DNA of 64,000 nt from an uncultured Acidobacteriota bacterium (GTDB lineage Bacteria > Acidobacteriota > Thermoanaerobaculia > Gp7-AA8). The notes under the pieces were generated by a model. That model worked only from the letters and a program-made list of their open reading frames with translations, was not told the DNA's origin and searched no databases. Positions 54,584 through 64,000 of this stretch are shown piece by piece. Within the stretch, counting starts at the first letter, position 1, and each line of letters starts with the position of its first letter. The stretch spans positions 32,001 to 96,000 of the forward strand of contig CAWGHO010000001.1 in the NCBI GenBank assembly GCA_963822445.1, in the 5' to 3' direction. The translations under genes and the position numbers were made by a program.

Positions 54584-57326
54584 TTACGGCGAGTCGGCAG
54601 CCAATTCTGCTGCGCGTTGCCGCGCCTCCTCGGCTTCGTCTCGCATCCCGACCGCCAGATATCCGCGAGCGGCAGCCTCGAAGCACTCGATCGCCTGTCG
54701 CGCGTACGGATCCAATCTACCGCCCGACAGCTTTGAATACGCGTCCCCGAGGTTGTACTGCGTGTCCGCCCAATCCTTTGGAAAGTCGCCCTCCGTCCAG
54801 ACGCGCAGTGCCGCCTCGTAATAGGCGATTTCCTTCGCCAGGTTTTTGCCCCGATCGTCCGTCGGCAGGTCCGCGTAGGCTTGGGCGAGGTTGTACTGAG
54901 TTACCGCCCAATGCGCTGGGAAGTCACGTTCGCTCCAGATGCGCAGCGTCGCCTGAAAGCAGGTGATCGCCTTCGCCAGATTTGATCCCCGGTCACCCGT
55001 GGGTAGATTCAAGTAGGCAGTGCCGAGGTTGTTCTGCGTCATCGCCCACTTCACCGGAAAGTCGGGCTCGGTCCGGACCAACAGCGCCGCTTCATACGAC
55101 GCGATTGCCTTAGCCAGATTCTCGGCCCGATCACCTGTCAGCAGATCCGTGTAAACGTTCCCGAGGTTGTTCTGCGTCATCGCCCACTGGTCCGGGAAGT
55201 CGCGCTCGGTCCGGACCCGCAGCGCTGCCTCAAAGCACCGGATCGCCTTCGCCAGGTTCTCTCCGCCGTCGCCTGTCGGAAGACTCCAGTAAACGTTCCC
55301 GAGGTTGTTCTGAGTCATTGCCCATTGAGCCGGGAAGTCGCGCTCGGTCCAGACCCCCACCGCTGCCTCAAAGCACGCGATCGCCTTCGCCATGTTCTTG
55401 CTGTGATCGCCCGTCGGGAGATTCATGTAGGCGATGCCGAGGTTGTTTTGTGTTCTCGCCCACTGTTGCGGATCGGCCTCGGAATTGATTCGGCGAAGCA
55501 GCGTCTCCTGCAGACGAACCTCCTCGGAGAAGCGACAGGTTTGGCCCAAATAGGACGCGAATGCCGTCACGGCGCGCGCGAAGAGCGCCGGTTCCTCTCC
55601 TGCGGCATGGGCAACTGCCTGCCGCACGTTCTCGTACTCCTCATCGATCCATCGCCGCGCCGCCATCTGCGTTTCGCCGCCCTTCGCTCGCTGTGCTGCG
55701 TTGGCCCGGACGAGGCCCTCAATGAACCAGCGCGCATGCGCGCCCGCAAGACGTGTCCGCTCCTCCTCGCCGAGCCATCCGAGCAGGAACTGCTGCGTCG
55801 TCGGCAGCATCGAATACCGTCCCGTCTCGCGATCGAACCGCAGGAGCGATGCATCGACCAGCACGTCCAGGCTTTCGATGGCCGCGCCGGCGACCTTCTC
55901 GGCCGCCTCCGCGTCGAAGCCGCCCGTGAAGACGGCCAGCCGCGGCAGCGCTTCGCGTTCCTTCTCCGGGAGACGTTCGAGCGCCCACTCGAGACAGTCA
56001 TCAATGCTCGAATGACGCCCCGGGTACCGGGCCCGGATGTTCTTGATCTCATCGGCCAGCTGCCGCAGCTTTCGCTTCGGCGCGACGGCGGCGACGAGCT
56101 CGATCAGATACGGCAGGCCATCGGTGGCTACGAGCACATCGCGCATCGCAGTGTCGTCGTCCGGCTGCCAGCGTGCGTCCCGCTGCTGCGCGAGCCCGAC
56201 GAAGAGTCGATGGCTTTCGAGCGCAGCGAGGTCGCCTTTCGTCTCCATTGGATCGAGCTCGACGACGCGCTCGCCGGGCACGCCGAGGGCTTGCTGGCTG
56301 GTCACCAGCACGCGAACGCCGGGCGTGGTCGCGAGACGCGGCACGGAGATCGCCGCGCTCTTCACCGACTCGAAGTTGTCGAGCAGCAGCAACCGATCGC
56401 CGCCATGGAGTTGCCGGCAGAGCGCGTCGAGATCGGGTGTATCGACCTCCGTCAGCCCGAGGGCGTCACGCACGGCAACAAGCAATCCCTCCGGCGTGTC
56501 GGCCGCCGTCGCCAGCGACACGAAGACGATCTCCCTCGGCAACCCTCCGCCGCGCGCGAGCAGCGTCTCCACCGCCAGCCTGGTCTTGCCGACGCCGCCC
56601 GTGCCGTGAACCGTCACTAGCCTGCTCGCGCGCAACGCTTCCGCCAACTCGGTCATCTCGCGTTCGCGGCCAACCCACTGAGTCAGCCACGGATAGGGAA
56701 GCGTCTCGTGCGGCTGCTCCGGCGGTGCCGGTTGCAGAGCGTCGTCCCAGAGGATGTCGAAGATCTCGATCCTGGCCGAGACACCTTTCAATGTGTACGG
56801 ACCGTAGCTGTGAAATCGGATGCCCGGAGCGGTCTTGGCGAGAACCTTCGTTTCCCCGGAGCAATAAGCCCGCTCCCCGCTCTTTAGCAGACTCTCCACG
56901 CGTGCAGCGATGTTCACCGCGTGTCCGTCGTAGTCCGGCTTACCGTCGCGCTCGACGTACTTCGCGTCGCCCGTGTGCATTCCGATGCGGACCGCCAGAG
57001 CTTCAGTGTGGTCGCCGGTGCGAATCGGGTCCGTTCGCAGACTTCTCTGGATCGTTGTGGCGCACATCACGGCATCCTCGGGACGCGCGAACGCGACCAT
57101 GAAGGAGTCGCCGTTCGTCTTCACCTCGAAACCCTCGTGCTTCGCGAGCAGATCGCGGATGCGTTGGTTGTGCGGCTCCAGGATGCGCTCGCGGTAGAGA
57201 CGATTCCCCTCCGCCTCGCCGTGCGTAGCGATGACTGTGTCCCGCAACATCGTCGATCCAACGATGTCGGTGAACATCAACGTGACTATGCCGGTGGGTG
57301 GTTGGATGATTTGGCTTCCCGCTCAC
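54584..57326 (-). CDS. Class III cyclase-STAND NTPase-TPR protein (start probably frameshifted)
   Basis: FTDIVGST, VKTNGD, RIGMHTG, VNIAARV; GTGGVGKT, LLLLDNFE; six WAxTQxNL repeats. Confidence 0.9.
54700..55470 (-). repeat. Six 138-nt (46-aa) tandem coding repeats
   Basis: (C/G)CGAGGTTGT anchor recurs at 54747, 54885, 55023, 55161, 55299 and 55437. Confidence 0.85.
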
Positions 57327-57404
57327 TTTGGGAGTGCCGCATCGGGCAAAATCCCTACCTCACAGCTTAACCTCTCCACGCCAAGCGGACTCCCATCGGG
57401 GCAC

Positions 57405-57472
57405 TCTCGGAGTTCCTCCGCATAGCCGCGACCGGGAAGCGAACACCATTCATCTGTCGGCGCACACGGCGC
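57405..57472 (+). pseudogene. Degenerate duplicate of an internal segment (54305-54373) of the racemase gene
   Basis: About 60 of 69 positions identical by manual alignment. Confidence 0.8.
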
Positions 57473-57513
57473 GGCGTCAAATTCAGGACTGCCGACGCGG
57501 AACGCTTCGCCGT

Positions 57514-57575
57514 TTAGGAGTGCGGTGGCGGAGCCACCGCTTTGCAAAGCGGCGGCTCTGCCGCCGCACTCCTAA
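57514..57575. repeat. Inverted REP-like doublet overlapping the DUF296 gene end
   Basis: TTAGGAGTGCGGTGGCGGAGCCACCGCTTTG followed by its near-perfect reverse complement. Confidence 0.8.
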
Positions 57576-57993
57576 CAATCAACGCCAGGCCTGTCTCTTC
57601 GTCCTTTCTGCGTTGCAACACAACGCTCGACGTGGTCAGAAACAGCTCGAGCGTGGGATGCACGTCGCCGCTCAGGAAATGGCCGCCGATCAGAGCTCCG
57701 TCGCGTTTCCCGAGTGCGACGTGCCCGTGCACGCGCGGCTGACCGTCTTCACCAAGGGCGATGTTGCCGGTGAGCGAAACGATTTCGACCTGCTCGGCGA
57801 TTTCGATCTTCTCGTACTCCTTCGTGTCGGAATTCCAGTAGGCGATCGTGGCGCGCTGGCAGGCGCCGATGGCGGTGAACGACGCGCCGTGAATGGCTCG
57901 TTCGCGAGCGAATGTCGTGAGCGTCTCCCCGATCTCGTCTCCTCGTTCGAAGACGAGCAGGAAGCCGTTTTCGTCGATGGCCTGGAACTTCAT
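57514..57993 (-). CDS. PPC/DUF296 domain protein
   Basis: FTAIGA; EIVSLTGNI; HGHVALG; GGH; PTLE. Confidence 0.9.
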   Translation of the reverse strand: MKFQAIDENGFLLVFERGDEIGETLTTFARERAIHGASFTAIGACQRATIAYWNSDTKEYEKIEIAEQVEIVSLTGNIALGEDGQPRVHGHVALGKRDGALIGGHFLSGDVHPTLELFLTTSSVVLQRRKDEETGLALIVRSAAAEPPLCKAVAPPPHS

Positions 57994-59603
57994 CAGTGGA
58001 GCTCTCCTCGGCGCCCAAGTTCGGTGATGTGATCGGCGGTCCTGCACGCCAACGCCTGAATGGTCTCCGACGGATTGACGCCGCCGGAAGTGGGAAAGAG
58101 CGAGCCGTCGCAGATCCAGAGATTCGGAACGTCCCAGGAACGGCCGTACGAGTCGGTGACGCTGGTCTGCGGATCAGTGCCCATGCGACAGCCGCCCATG
58201 AGGTGCGCGGTATCGCTCTCCGACCAGATGTCTCGTCCGCCCGCCGCGCGCATAGTTTCGGTCATGTAGCGGACTGCGTGGCCGATCAAACGACGGTCGT
58301 TGTCGGAATACGAGAAGGTGATGCGCGGAATGGGGAGGCCGAGGGCGTCTTTCTCGTCCGCCAGTTCGACGCGGTTCTCGCGCGGCTCGACTTCGCCGAC
58401 CATCTTGAATCCGGCCGAGTGAATGTACTTCGTCGCTTCGCGGCGTAGTTCCATGCCCCACAACCCGCGAACGGTGGCGAGCTTCTTCCCCCACTCCATC
58501 GGCAAGGGTCCCTGACTGCCGAACTGATAGCCGCCGGAGAAATCCTTCCCTTCATCGCAATAGTTCCAGTGCTCGGTGATGGCCATGACCGGCGGACCTT
58601 TGTACGCGCGGATTTCTTCGTCGAACGTTGCCCAGACGCCCTCATTCGAATGCGTCATCAGAGCGCGTCCGACGAGACCGCTGCTGTTTGCGAGACCGTC
58701 GGGAAAGCGGCTCGACGCGGAGTTGAGCAGGAGACGCGGCGTCTCGATGCTGTACGCGGCCACGACCACATGGCGCGCGCGCTGACGGTGCCAGGCTCCG
58801 TCACGGTGATACACAACCTCGGCGACGCGCCCGTCGCTCCCGGTCTCGATGCGTGCGGCCATGGCGTTGTCGCGGATCTCCGCGCCGGCACGCACGGCGC
58901 GAGGAATCCAGGTCACCAGCACGCTCTGCTTCGCGCTCGTGGAGCAACCGATGATGCAGAAGCCGCGGTAGACGCAGGGATGCGCTTCGCCGCGCGGAGC
59001 GGAAAGCGTGGCCAGCGGCGCGGGAACCCAATCGATTCCCATGCGGCTGCACCCGCGCGCGAGCACGAGACCCGCGGCGTTGACCTCGTGCGGACGATAC
59101 GGATAGCGGCCGCGGGGCGGACCCCATGGATACCGCACCGGCCCGGCGATCTTCAGCGCCTCTTCGACTTCGCGGTAGTACGGCTCGAGATCGTCGTACG
59201 TCAGCGGCCAGTCGAGGCCATACCCGAGTTGCGACCGTGAACGGAACCACTCCGGCCGGAAGCGCAGCGAGACCATCGTGAAGTGCACGGTGCTTCCGCC
59301 GACGCCACGGCCGCTGTTGTTGCTGCCGAACTGGATCGGATCGTCGCCGGCGGTGATGCGTTCGTCGGTCCAGTAGAGCTTCTGCTGCTCCTTCTCGTCG
59401 GACGCAAAATCCTCGAGCGGACGCCAGAACGGTCCTGCCTCCAGAGCGACGACGCGAAACCCCGCTTCCGAGAGCCGGCAGACCAGCGTCCCGCCGCCCG
59501 CTCCCGTGCCGATGACGACGAAATCGACGAGGTCATCGGATGCGTACGCGCGCATCGGAATCCACTCGCCTTCGCGGAAGACGTTCGGCGCGCGCGAAGT
59601 CAT
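57993..59603 (-). CDS. GMC-family flavoprotein oxidoreductase
   Basis: GTGAGG; GVGGST; CVYRGFCIIGC; HLMGGCRMG; GVNP. Confidence 0.93.
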   Translation of the reverse strand: MTSRAPNVFREGEWIPMRAYASDDLVDFVVIGTGAGGGTLVCRLSEAGFRVVALEAGPFWRPLEDFASDEKEQQKLYWTDERITAGDDPIQFGSNNSGRGVGGSTVHFTMVSLRFRPEWFRSRSQLGYGLDWPLTYDDLEPYYREVEEALKIAGPVRYPWGPPRGRYPYRPHEVNAAGLVLARGCSRMGIDWVPAPLATLSAPRGEAHPCVYRGFCIIGCSTSAKQSVLVTWIPRAVRAGAEIRDNAMAARIETGSDGRVAEVVYHRDGAWHRQRARHVVVAAYSIETPRLLLNSASSRFPDGLANSSGLVGRALMTHSNEGVWATFDEEIRAYKGPPVMAITEHWNYCDEGKDFSGGYQFGSQGPLPMEWGKKLATVRGLWGMELRREATKYIHSAGFKMVGEVEPRENRVELADEKDALGLPIPRITFSYSDNDRRLIGHAVRYMTETMRAAGGRDIWSESDTAHLMGGCRMGTDPQTSVTDSYGRSWDVPNLWICDGSLFPTSGGVNPSETIQALACRTADHITELGRRGELH

Positions 59604-60214
59604 CGTCGTTTCTCTGCTTCCCAGGGATCGCGTTGATCAAATCCGAGCCGTACGTAACCTCGCGGCGAGGCGGGACCGCCGAAGCCGATCTCGCTCCAGG
59701 CGGCCGGATGTGCGTAGTACTCGCCGACGATCTCGTCGAGCAGGAAGTTCGTGAAGAATCGGCGCGGCGGAAGGCCCTCCCAGAGCGCGCTCGCGACCAC
59801 TCCCTGCTGGACGCGGCGGAGAACGTCATCGCGCTCCTCATCGCTCAGCTCGACGAATGAACGCGCAAACACGGCGCGACTCTCGTCGTCGATGGCCGCG
59901 AGTCCGCGGCGCCAGGCCTCGGGCGCCGGCGGCATGTCGGCATAGCGGAATCCCTTCCCTCGCTTCTCGTACAGCCTCTCGTCGATGAACGGGACGATCG
60001 CGACGGGCGCAGCGCCGCGATCCGCTTGCGGAACGATCCGCGCGGCAATCGCCTCGGCGATCCTCCATTCGCGTTCGTCGAAGAAGCGCCGCGGCGGGAT
60101 CTCGCGCAGCCGCCGCGCAACGGCGCGCCGGGTCTGCTCGTTCCATGACGGCGTGCTCCACTTGTCGAGCACGTCGTAGGGATCGAATGGCGACTCGAAT
60201 GTCTTTTCACTCAT
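59600..60214 (-). CDS. Gluconate 2-dehydrogenase subunit 3 family protein
   Basis: ARIVP; FVELS; YYAHPAAWSEIGFGGPASPRGY; overlaps GMC start. Confidence 0.85.
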   Translation of the reverse strand: MSEKTFESPFDPYDVLDKWSTPSWNEQTRRAVARRLREIPPRRFFDEREWRIAEAIAARIVPQADRGAAPVAIVPFIDERLYEKRGKGFRYADMPPAPEAWRRGLAAIDDESRAVFARSFVELSDEERDDVLRRVQQGVVASALWEGLPPRRFFTNFLLDEIVGEYYAHPAAWSEIGFGGPASPRGYVRLGFDQRDPWEAEKRR

Positions 60215-60977
60215 TCATCAGATCCAGCGCTGCCAGACCAGCCAGGGCCATCGCGGAAAACGCGGGCGGCGCCGGGATCGGCGGAGCGGCATGCATGTTC
60301 TGCGTCCAGTTTCTCCATCCACCCATCTCGCGCTGCACGGCCAGCGTGTGCAGCACCGCTCCGCCGACGCCGATGGCGACGGCCGCTTGCAGCAGCAGGC
60401 GTGTCGATCGCGCGGGCCGCGCGCGGATCGCATCCTCCGCAAGCGCGACGGCGGCGAGAGGGGGAATGGTCACCGGCAGGTACATGAACTTGTTATGGAA
60501 CGCTCCGCGGAAGTGGAGCAGCGCTGCTTCTCCCGCCGTGCCCGCGAGACCAATCGCGGTGCTCATCGCCAGAGCTCGCGCGAAGAAGGGCGACGGTCGC
60601 GATCGACGCACATGATCGGCGGCGAGGCCGAACAGGCCGGCGAACGTCAATCCGAAAGGGGCGGCGATTGGCGCGCCGTAGAAGAGATTGAGCCAGCTCA
60701 GTCGTCCTTCACGTCTGATGACGTTGAGAAGATGAAAGCCCGTGCCGATCAGGCCTCCGGCGACAGCGAGCAGATGCGCGGGCGTGGCCGCCGATTGCTC
60801 GCGCGCCGAAACGCTCGTGGCCAGCGTCATCGAGGACAGCAGCGGCGCCGCGAACATGACCCGGTTGTAGAAGCCACCGCGGTAGTGCTCGACCGCGCTG
60901 TCCGCAAGGACGACGACGGAAAGCGTACCGGCGGCAAGATCGAGATTGCGTCTCGCGCCTCGGGTCACGATGCTCAT
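60207..60977 (-). CDS. Internally duplicated membrane protein with four conserved His
   Basis: HYRGGFYN/HFRGAFHN and GFH/VLH repeats. Confidence 0.8.
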   Translation of the reverse strand: MSIVTRGARRNLDLAAGTLSVVVLADSAVEHYRGGFYNRVMFAAPLLSSMTLATSVSAREQSAATPAHLLAVAGGLIGTGFHLLNVIRREGRLSWLNLFYGAPIAAPFGLTFAGLFGLAADHVRRSRPSPFFARALAMSTAIGLAGTAGEAALLHFRGAFHNKFMYLPVTIPPLAAVALAEDAIRARPARSTRLLLQAAVAIGVGGAVLHTLAVQREMGGWRNWTQNMHAAPPIPAPPAFSAMALAGLAALDLMNE

Positions 60978-61852
60978 CCCTTCCGGAACGTCAGCTCGAT
61001 CCATCCGTGGGCGCGAGAGCGCCCGAGAAGCGGGCCGATCGCCGGCGCGCGCAGCACGCGTTGCGGGACGAAACCATGCTCCGCGGCGAGACGGGAGAGC
61101 GCCGCGGCATCGAAGCCGAAGCGATGCGGCCATCCGAGTAGACCGTTGTACGCGAGAGTAGAGACACTCCGGCACCGAGCATAGAACCCGGCATCCGGCA
61201 CGCGCAGGACGAGCACGCCCGATCTCCGCAAAATGCGACGCGCCTCGTCGAGCGCAACGCGCGGAGCGGCGAGCTGCTCGAAACAATTCCAGATGAATAC
61301 GCCGTCGAACGATGCGCTCTCGAAGTCGCAGCTCTCGAGCGGGTCAGAGCGGACGTCGTATCCGTGGAGCTGCGAAAAGCGTGAGGTGTCGCGGCCGATG
61401 TCCACGCCGACGGCATTCCAGCCCCATTGCCGGGAGACCGCGAGAAACCCGCCGGCATAGCTTCCCACCTCCACGATTCGCGCACCGGAGGGGAGAAGAC
61501 CTCGATAGTCCGTTTCCTTGTCGCGAAAGGCGGCGGTATGAACGGCATGCAGCGTTTCCAACACCGGCCGTTCGTAGCGATCGGCGCGAAAGGCTTCCTC
61601 ATCCGGCGTGTCGTCGCGGATCAGAACCCCGCACGTGTCGCATCGAAGAATCTCAGCCGGCGTTCCCAGCAGAACGTTCGTGACGTCACGCGAGAAAGGA
61701 CGGTTGCGACGAGATGCGAAGAACGCATCGCGCGTCGCTAGTTCTGCGGCGATCTCGTCGCGAGTGCGGAACGTGCTCGCAGGCGATTCGTCACAATGCG
61801 CGCAGACGGTGGTGCGCAGCGGCGCGAATGCGACGGCGGCCGAAGCGTTCAT
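60974..61852 (-). CDS. Class I SAM methyltransferase with N-terminal CxxC...CxxC
   Basis: CAHC, CDTC; VEVGSYAGGF; GVLVLRVP. Confidence 0.85.
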   Translation of the reverse strand: MNASAAVAFAPLRTTVCAHCDESPASTFRTRDEIAAELATRDAFFASRRNRPFSRDVTNVLLGTPAEILRCDTCGVLIRDDTPDEEAFRADRYERPVLETLHAVHTAAFRDKETDYRGLLPSGARIVEVGSYAGGFLAVSRQWGWNAVGVDIGRDTSRFSQLHGYDVRSDPLESCDFESASFDGVFIWNCFEQLAAPRVALDEARRILRRSGVLVLRVPDAGFYARCRSVSTLAYNGLLGWPHRFGFDAAALSRLAAEHGFVPQRVLRAPAIGPLLGRSRAHGWIELTFRKG

Positions 61853-62676
61853 TCCTGCGCTCGAACCTCGATCCGGCCTTCGCGTACACGGACGTCGAAG
61901 ACCCGCTCGGGAAAGACGGCCGGACCGTCGAGCACGCGGCCATCCTTCAGGCAGAACCGCGAGCCATGCCAGGGGCAGCGGATGCTGTCGTCCTCGATCG
62001 TTCCTTCGGAGAGCGGCCCGCCGAGGTGGGTGCATGTGTCGCGAAGCGCATGGATTGAATCGCCCTGTTTCACGAGCACGATGGCTACGTCGTCGGCCGT
62101 GACGAACTTCTTCGGCGTGCCCTGCTCCGCCGTCGCGGTGTGATCCACCCCGATCTGCTCGCCGTACGTGAGATGGCCTCCGACGTACGCGGAAGACATC
62201 GCCAGACCAAAGGCAGTCATGGAAAGGGCGATGCCCTTAGATCGCGACCGGCCGCGCACCATGAGCGAGATTGCATAGAGGCCGGTGGCCGCCAGATTCA
62301 TGACGCCGTGCGCGAGACCTATCCGTTTCGCGCGGCCGTCGGTCTCGGACCAATCGGTAGCGCCGGCGATGGCTGCGCCGACCGCGCCGACCAGTCCGAT
62401 CTTGATCGCAGTCTCGGAGAATCCCCGGTTGCGTCGCACACCGGCGATCTCCAACGCATCGAGAATCGCGGCCAGCGTCCAGGCGCCGACGGGAAGCTCG
62501 ATCAGCGCGGGATGCAGCGGATGTCCGAGCGCTTTTCCATGGAGGAAGTTCTTGGCTTCGCGACCGGCAGCGCCCGCTGACGCGAACAGCGATCGAATCG
62601 CTTCCTGCAGCGGCGTGGCGAGAGCATCGAGTGATTCCTGATCGCCAAGGGTACGTACGAGTCGTTCGGCAGGCAT
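61849..62676 (-). CDS. DUF2231 membrane domain-Rieske [2Fe-2S] fusion
   Basis: HPLHP; GATDW; GGHL; CTHLGG and CPWHGSRF. Confidence 0.88.
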   Translation of the reverse strand: MPAERLVRTLGDQESLDALATPLQEAIRSLFASAGAAGREAKNFLHGKALGHPLHPALIELPVGAWTLAAILDALEIAGVRRNRGFSETAIKIGLVGAVGAAIAGATDWSETDGRAKRIGLAHGVMNLAATGLYAISLMVRGRSRSKGIALSMTAFGLAMSSAYVGGHLTYGEQIGVDHTATAEQGTPKKFVTADDVAIVLVKQGDSIHALRDTCTHLGGPLSEGTIEDDSIRCPWHGSRFCLKDGRVLDGPAVFPERVFDVRVREGRIEVRAQE

Positions 62677-62899
62677 TCCGACCTCTCCGTCGCGCGGCTC
62701 CTGGCCGGCCCGGGATCATCGGGTGCAAATTGCGAGCGCAATTTTCCAACTGTCACGGTTGGAAATGGGTTTTTCGCCGCGCGTCGCGAGAGCGGCAGAG
62801 CGGTAAAAGCACGCTGAGCCATCGGCTCGCTCGCGAAGCGTGCGAAGGCGGGACGCTCGCGGCGCGCGTGCGGTTGTCGCGCGGATCACGCCTCGATGC

Positions 62900-63041
62900 G
62901 CCCACGATCGCGAAGCTGACGCTTCCGCTCAAGGAAGCTACGACACTTCTTCATCTTCTTGCGAAAGAGAACGTTACTGCTGCGAGCGTGTTTCCGAGTT
63001 ACGACGGGGTGATGGCGGCGATTAATGAAAATCGTTGGTAA
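62900..63041 (+). pseudogene. C-terminal remnant resembling FRG-domain proteins
   Basis: KLTLP..LLHLLAKENVTAASVFPSYDG; no credible N-terminus. Confidence 0.5.
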
Positions 63042-63064
63042 AGAGCAGACAGCCGCCTAAATAC

Positions 63065-63472
63065 TAGTTCTATGAGAGCGATCGTCAAGGGCGGTTCCCT
63101 TCTTTGCTGATCGTTTTTTGTTTCCCCTGACGATCAGCTCCGACCGACCCGAAGAGGACGATCGCGAGCGTTTGCGGGCGGGCGGTACAGTCGGCCGCTG
63201 ACTCATTTCGTGCTGCTCAGAGGATCGTTTAGAAGCAAGTGCAAGCGTTGGGCGATCGCATGGAACGTCGACCATAGTTCTATCTGAGACTCGCGCACGC
63301 TGTGGCGCGGCCATGACGCTTGTTCGGGTCATCCGAGGGGCCTAGAGTTAGGCGAGTGCCTCAGCGGGACTGAGAGCCACCAGGCGGACTAGTATCTCCG
63401 AGACTCACCCTCGATCCGTTGCCTCTCGGATCAGCGAGCAGCCGAGTGACCCCACTCGCGCCGATCCGACGG
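63065..63472 (-). ncRNA. Candidate bridge/seek RNA region
   Basis: Non-coding, downstream of the transposase; carries 9-nt direct and 8-nt inverted matches to the inferred element junction. Confidence 0.55.
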
Positions 63473-64000
63473 CTATGTCGCTTGCATCGCTACTTTCGTT
63501 GGATCCCAGAGCTCTCCTTTCTTCCAGAGGTGTAGCATGATCGCGGCGATTTTTCTGGCCAGGGTGACCTTCGCGAGTTCCGGCCGGACACCATTCGCAA
63601 CGCAACGCTGGTAAGCGTCCTGAAGCGGTCCCGCTTTGAGTGTCGCCGCGTTGGCCGCTCCCTTGAACACGCTCTGAGAAGGCGGTTGTGGTTCCGATTC
63701 AGACCGCGCGTGGCGACCACGTGCCGGCGTCGGCGCAGCACACCACCAGAGAACTCGTGTTCACCGCTTGAGCGCGTTACCACGGCCAGACCGCAGTACG
63801 GCCACAGCTGCCGTTTCGTGCGGAACCGATGAGGGGTGACGATGATGGCCAGCAGGCAAGCCACACGAACGGGACCAAAGAATGGGATCGACTGCAGAAT
63901 GGTCCAACCATAACGCCGCGGTGCTTCAGCGACCATTGCCGCCTTCGCCCGCCGTCTGAGCTGTTTCAGTGTGTCGAGCTCGGTCAACAACTGCTCAGCG
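63473..64000 (-). CDS. IS110-family transposase/recombinase, C-terminal part (one frameshift)
   Basis: SIPFFGP; RFRTKRQLWPYCGL; SSG; ARKIA. Confidence 0.9.

Larger units (their letters stand above)
63065..64000 (-). mobile_element. IS110-family element (long 3' non-coding end), partial
   Basis: Transposase plus about 400 nt of non-coding end with outward TTGAC at 63088-63084. Confidence 0.8.

Noticed and set aside
54700-55470. CRISPR-like periodic array
   Set aside because: 138-nt in-frame coding repeats without unique spacers; no cas genes or CRISPR array seen in the window

Overview
GC-rich (by eye) bacterial sequence that is not one continuous genome. Two degenerate back-to-back Oxford Nanopore ligation-adapter remnants (24176-24225 and 28515-28587) cut genes mid-frame and split the window into three segments. 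Segment A (1-24175; inferred Vicinamibacteria-like acidobacterium; dense indel errors) is a cell-envelope glycosylation locus: radical SAM, 2 methyltransferases, 2 LPG-synthase-TM flippase-like proteins, 3 GT4, 1 GT2, 3 GT-C-like membrane proteins, an NTP-transferase, a YvcK/CofD-GT2-like fusion and ttcA. It also holds two paralogous lipoproteins with an unrecognised C-terminal domain, a decayed third copy of that domain, a beta-barrel gene and a highly structured 210-nt palindromic element. Segment B (24226-28514; alphaproteobacterial-like) holds DUF1800/DUF1501, upp, an RlmD-like methyltransferase, tlyA and rhizobial-type palindromic repeats. Segment C (28588-64000; inferred Thermoanaerobaculia-like acidobacterium) holds copA, a CorE-like and a SigZ-like Cys-rich ECF sigma factor, a Fur-box-led PepSY/TonB receptor/PiuC operon, an ArsV-like flavoprotein plus MFS, a cyclase-STAND-TPR protein, a GMC dehydrogenase module and the 3' part of an IS110-family element. 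The non-coding end of that element contains short matches to its own junction (candidate bridge/seek RNA). All family and taxon calls come from reading motifs by eye; no searches were run. Coordinates of frameshifted genes are approximate.
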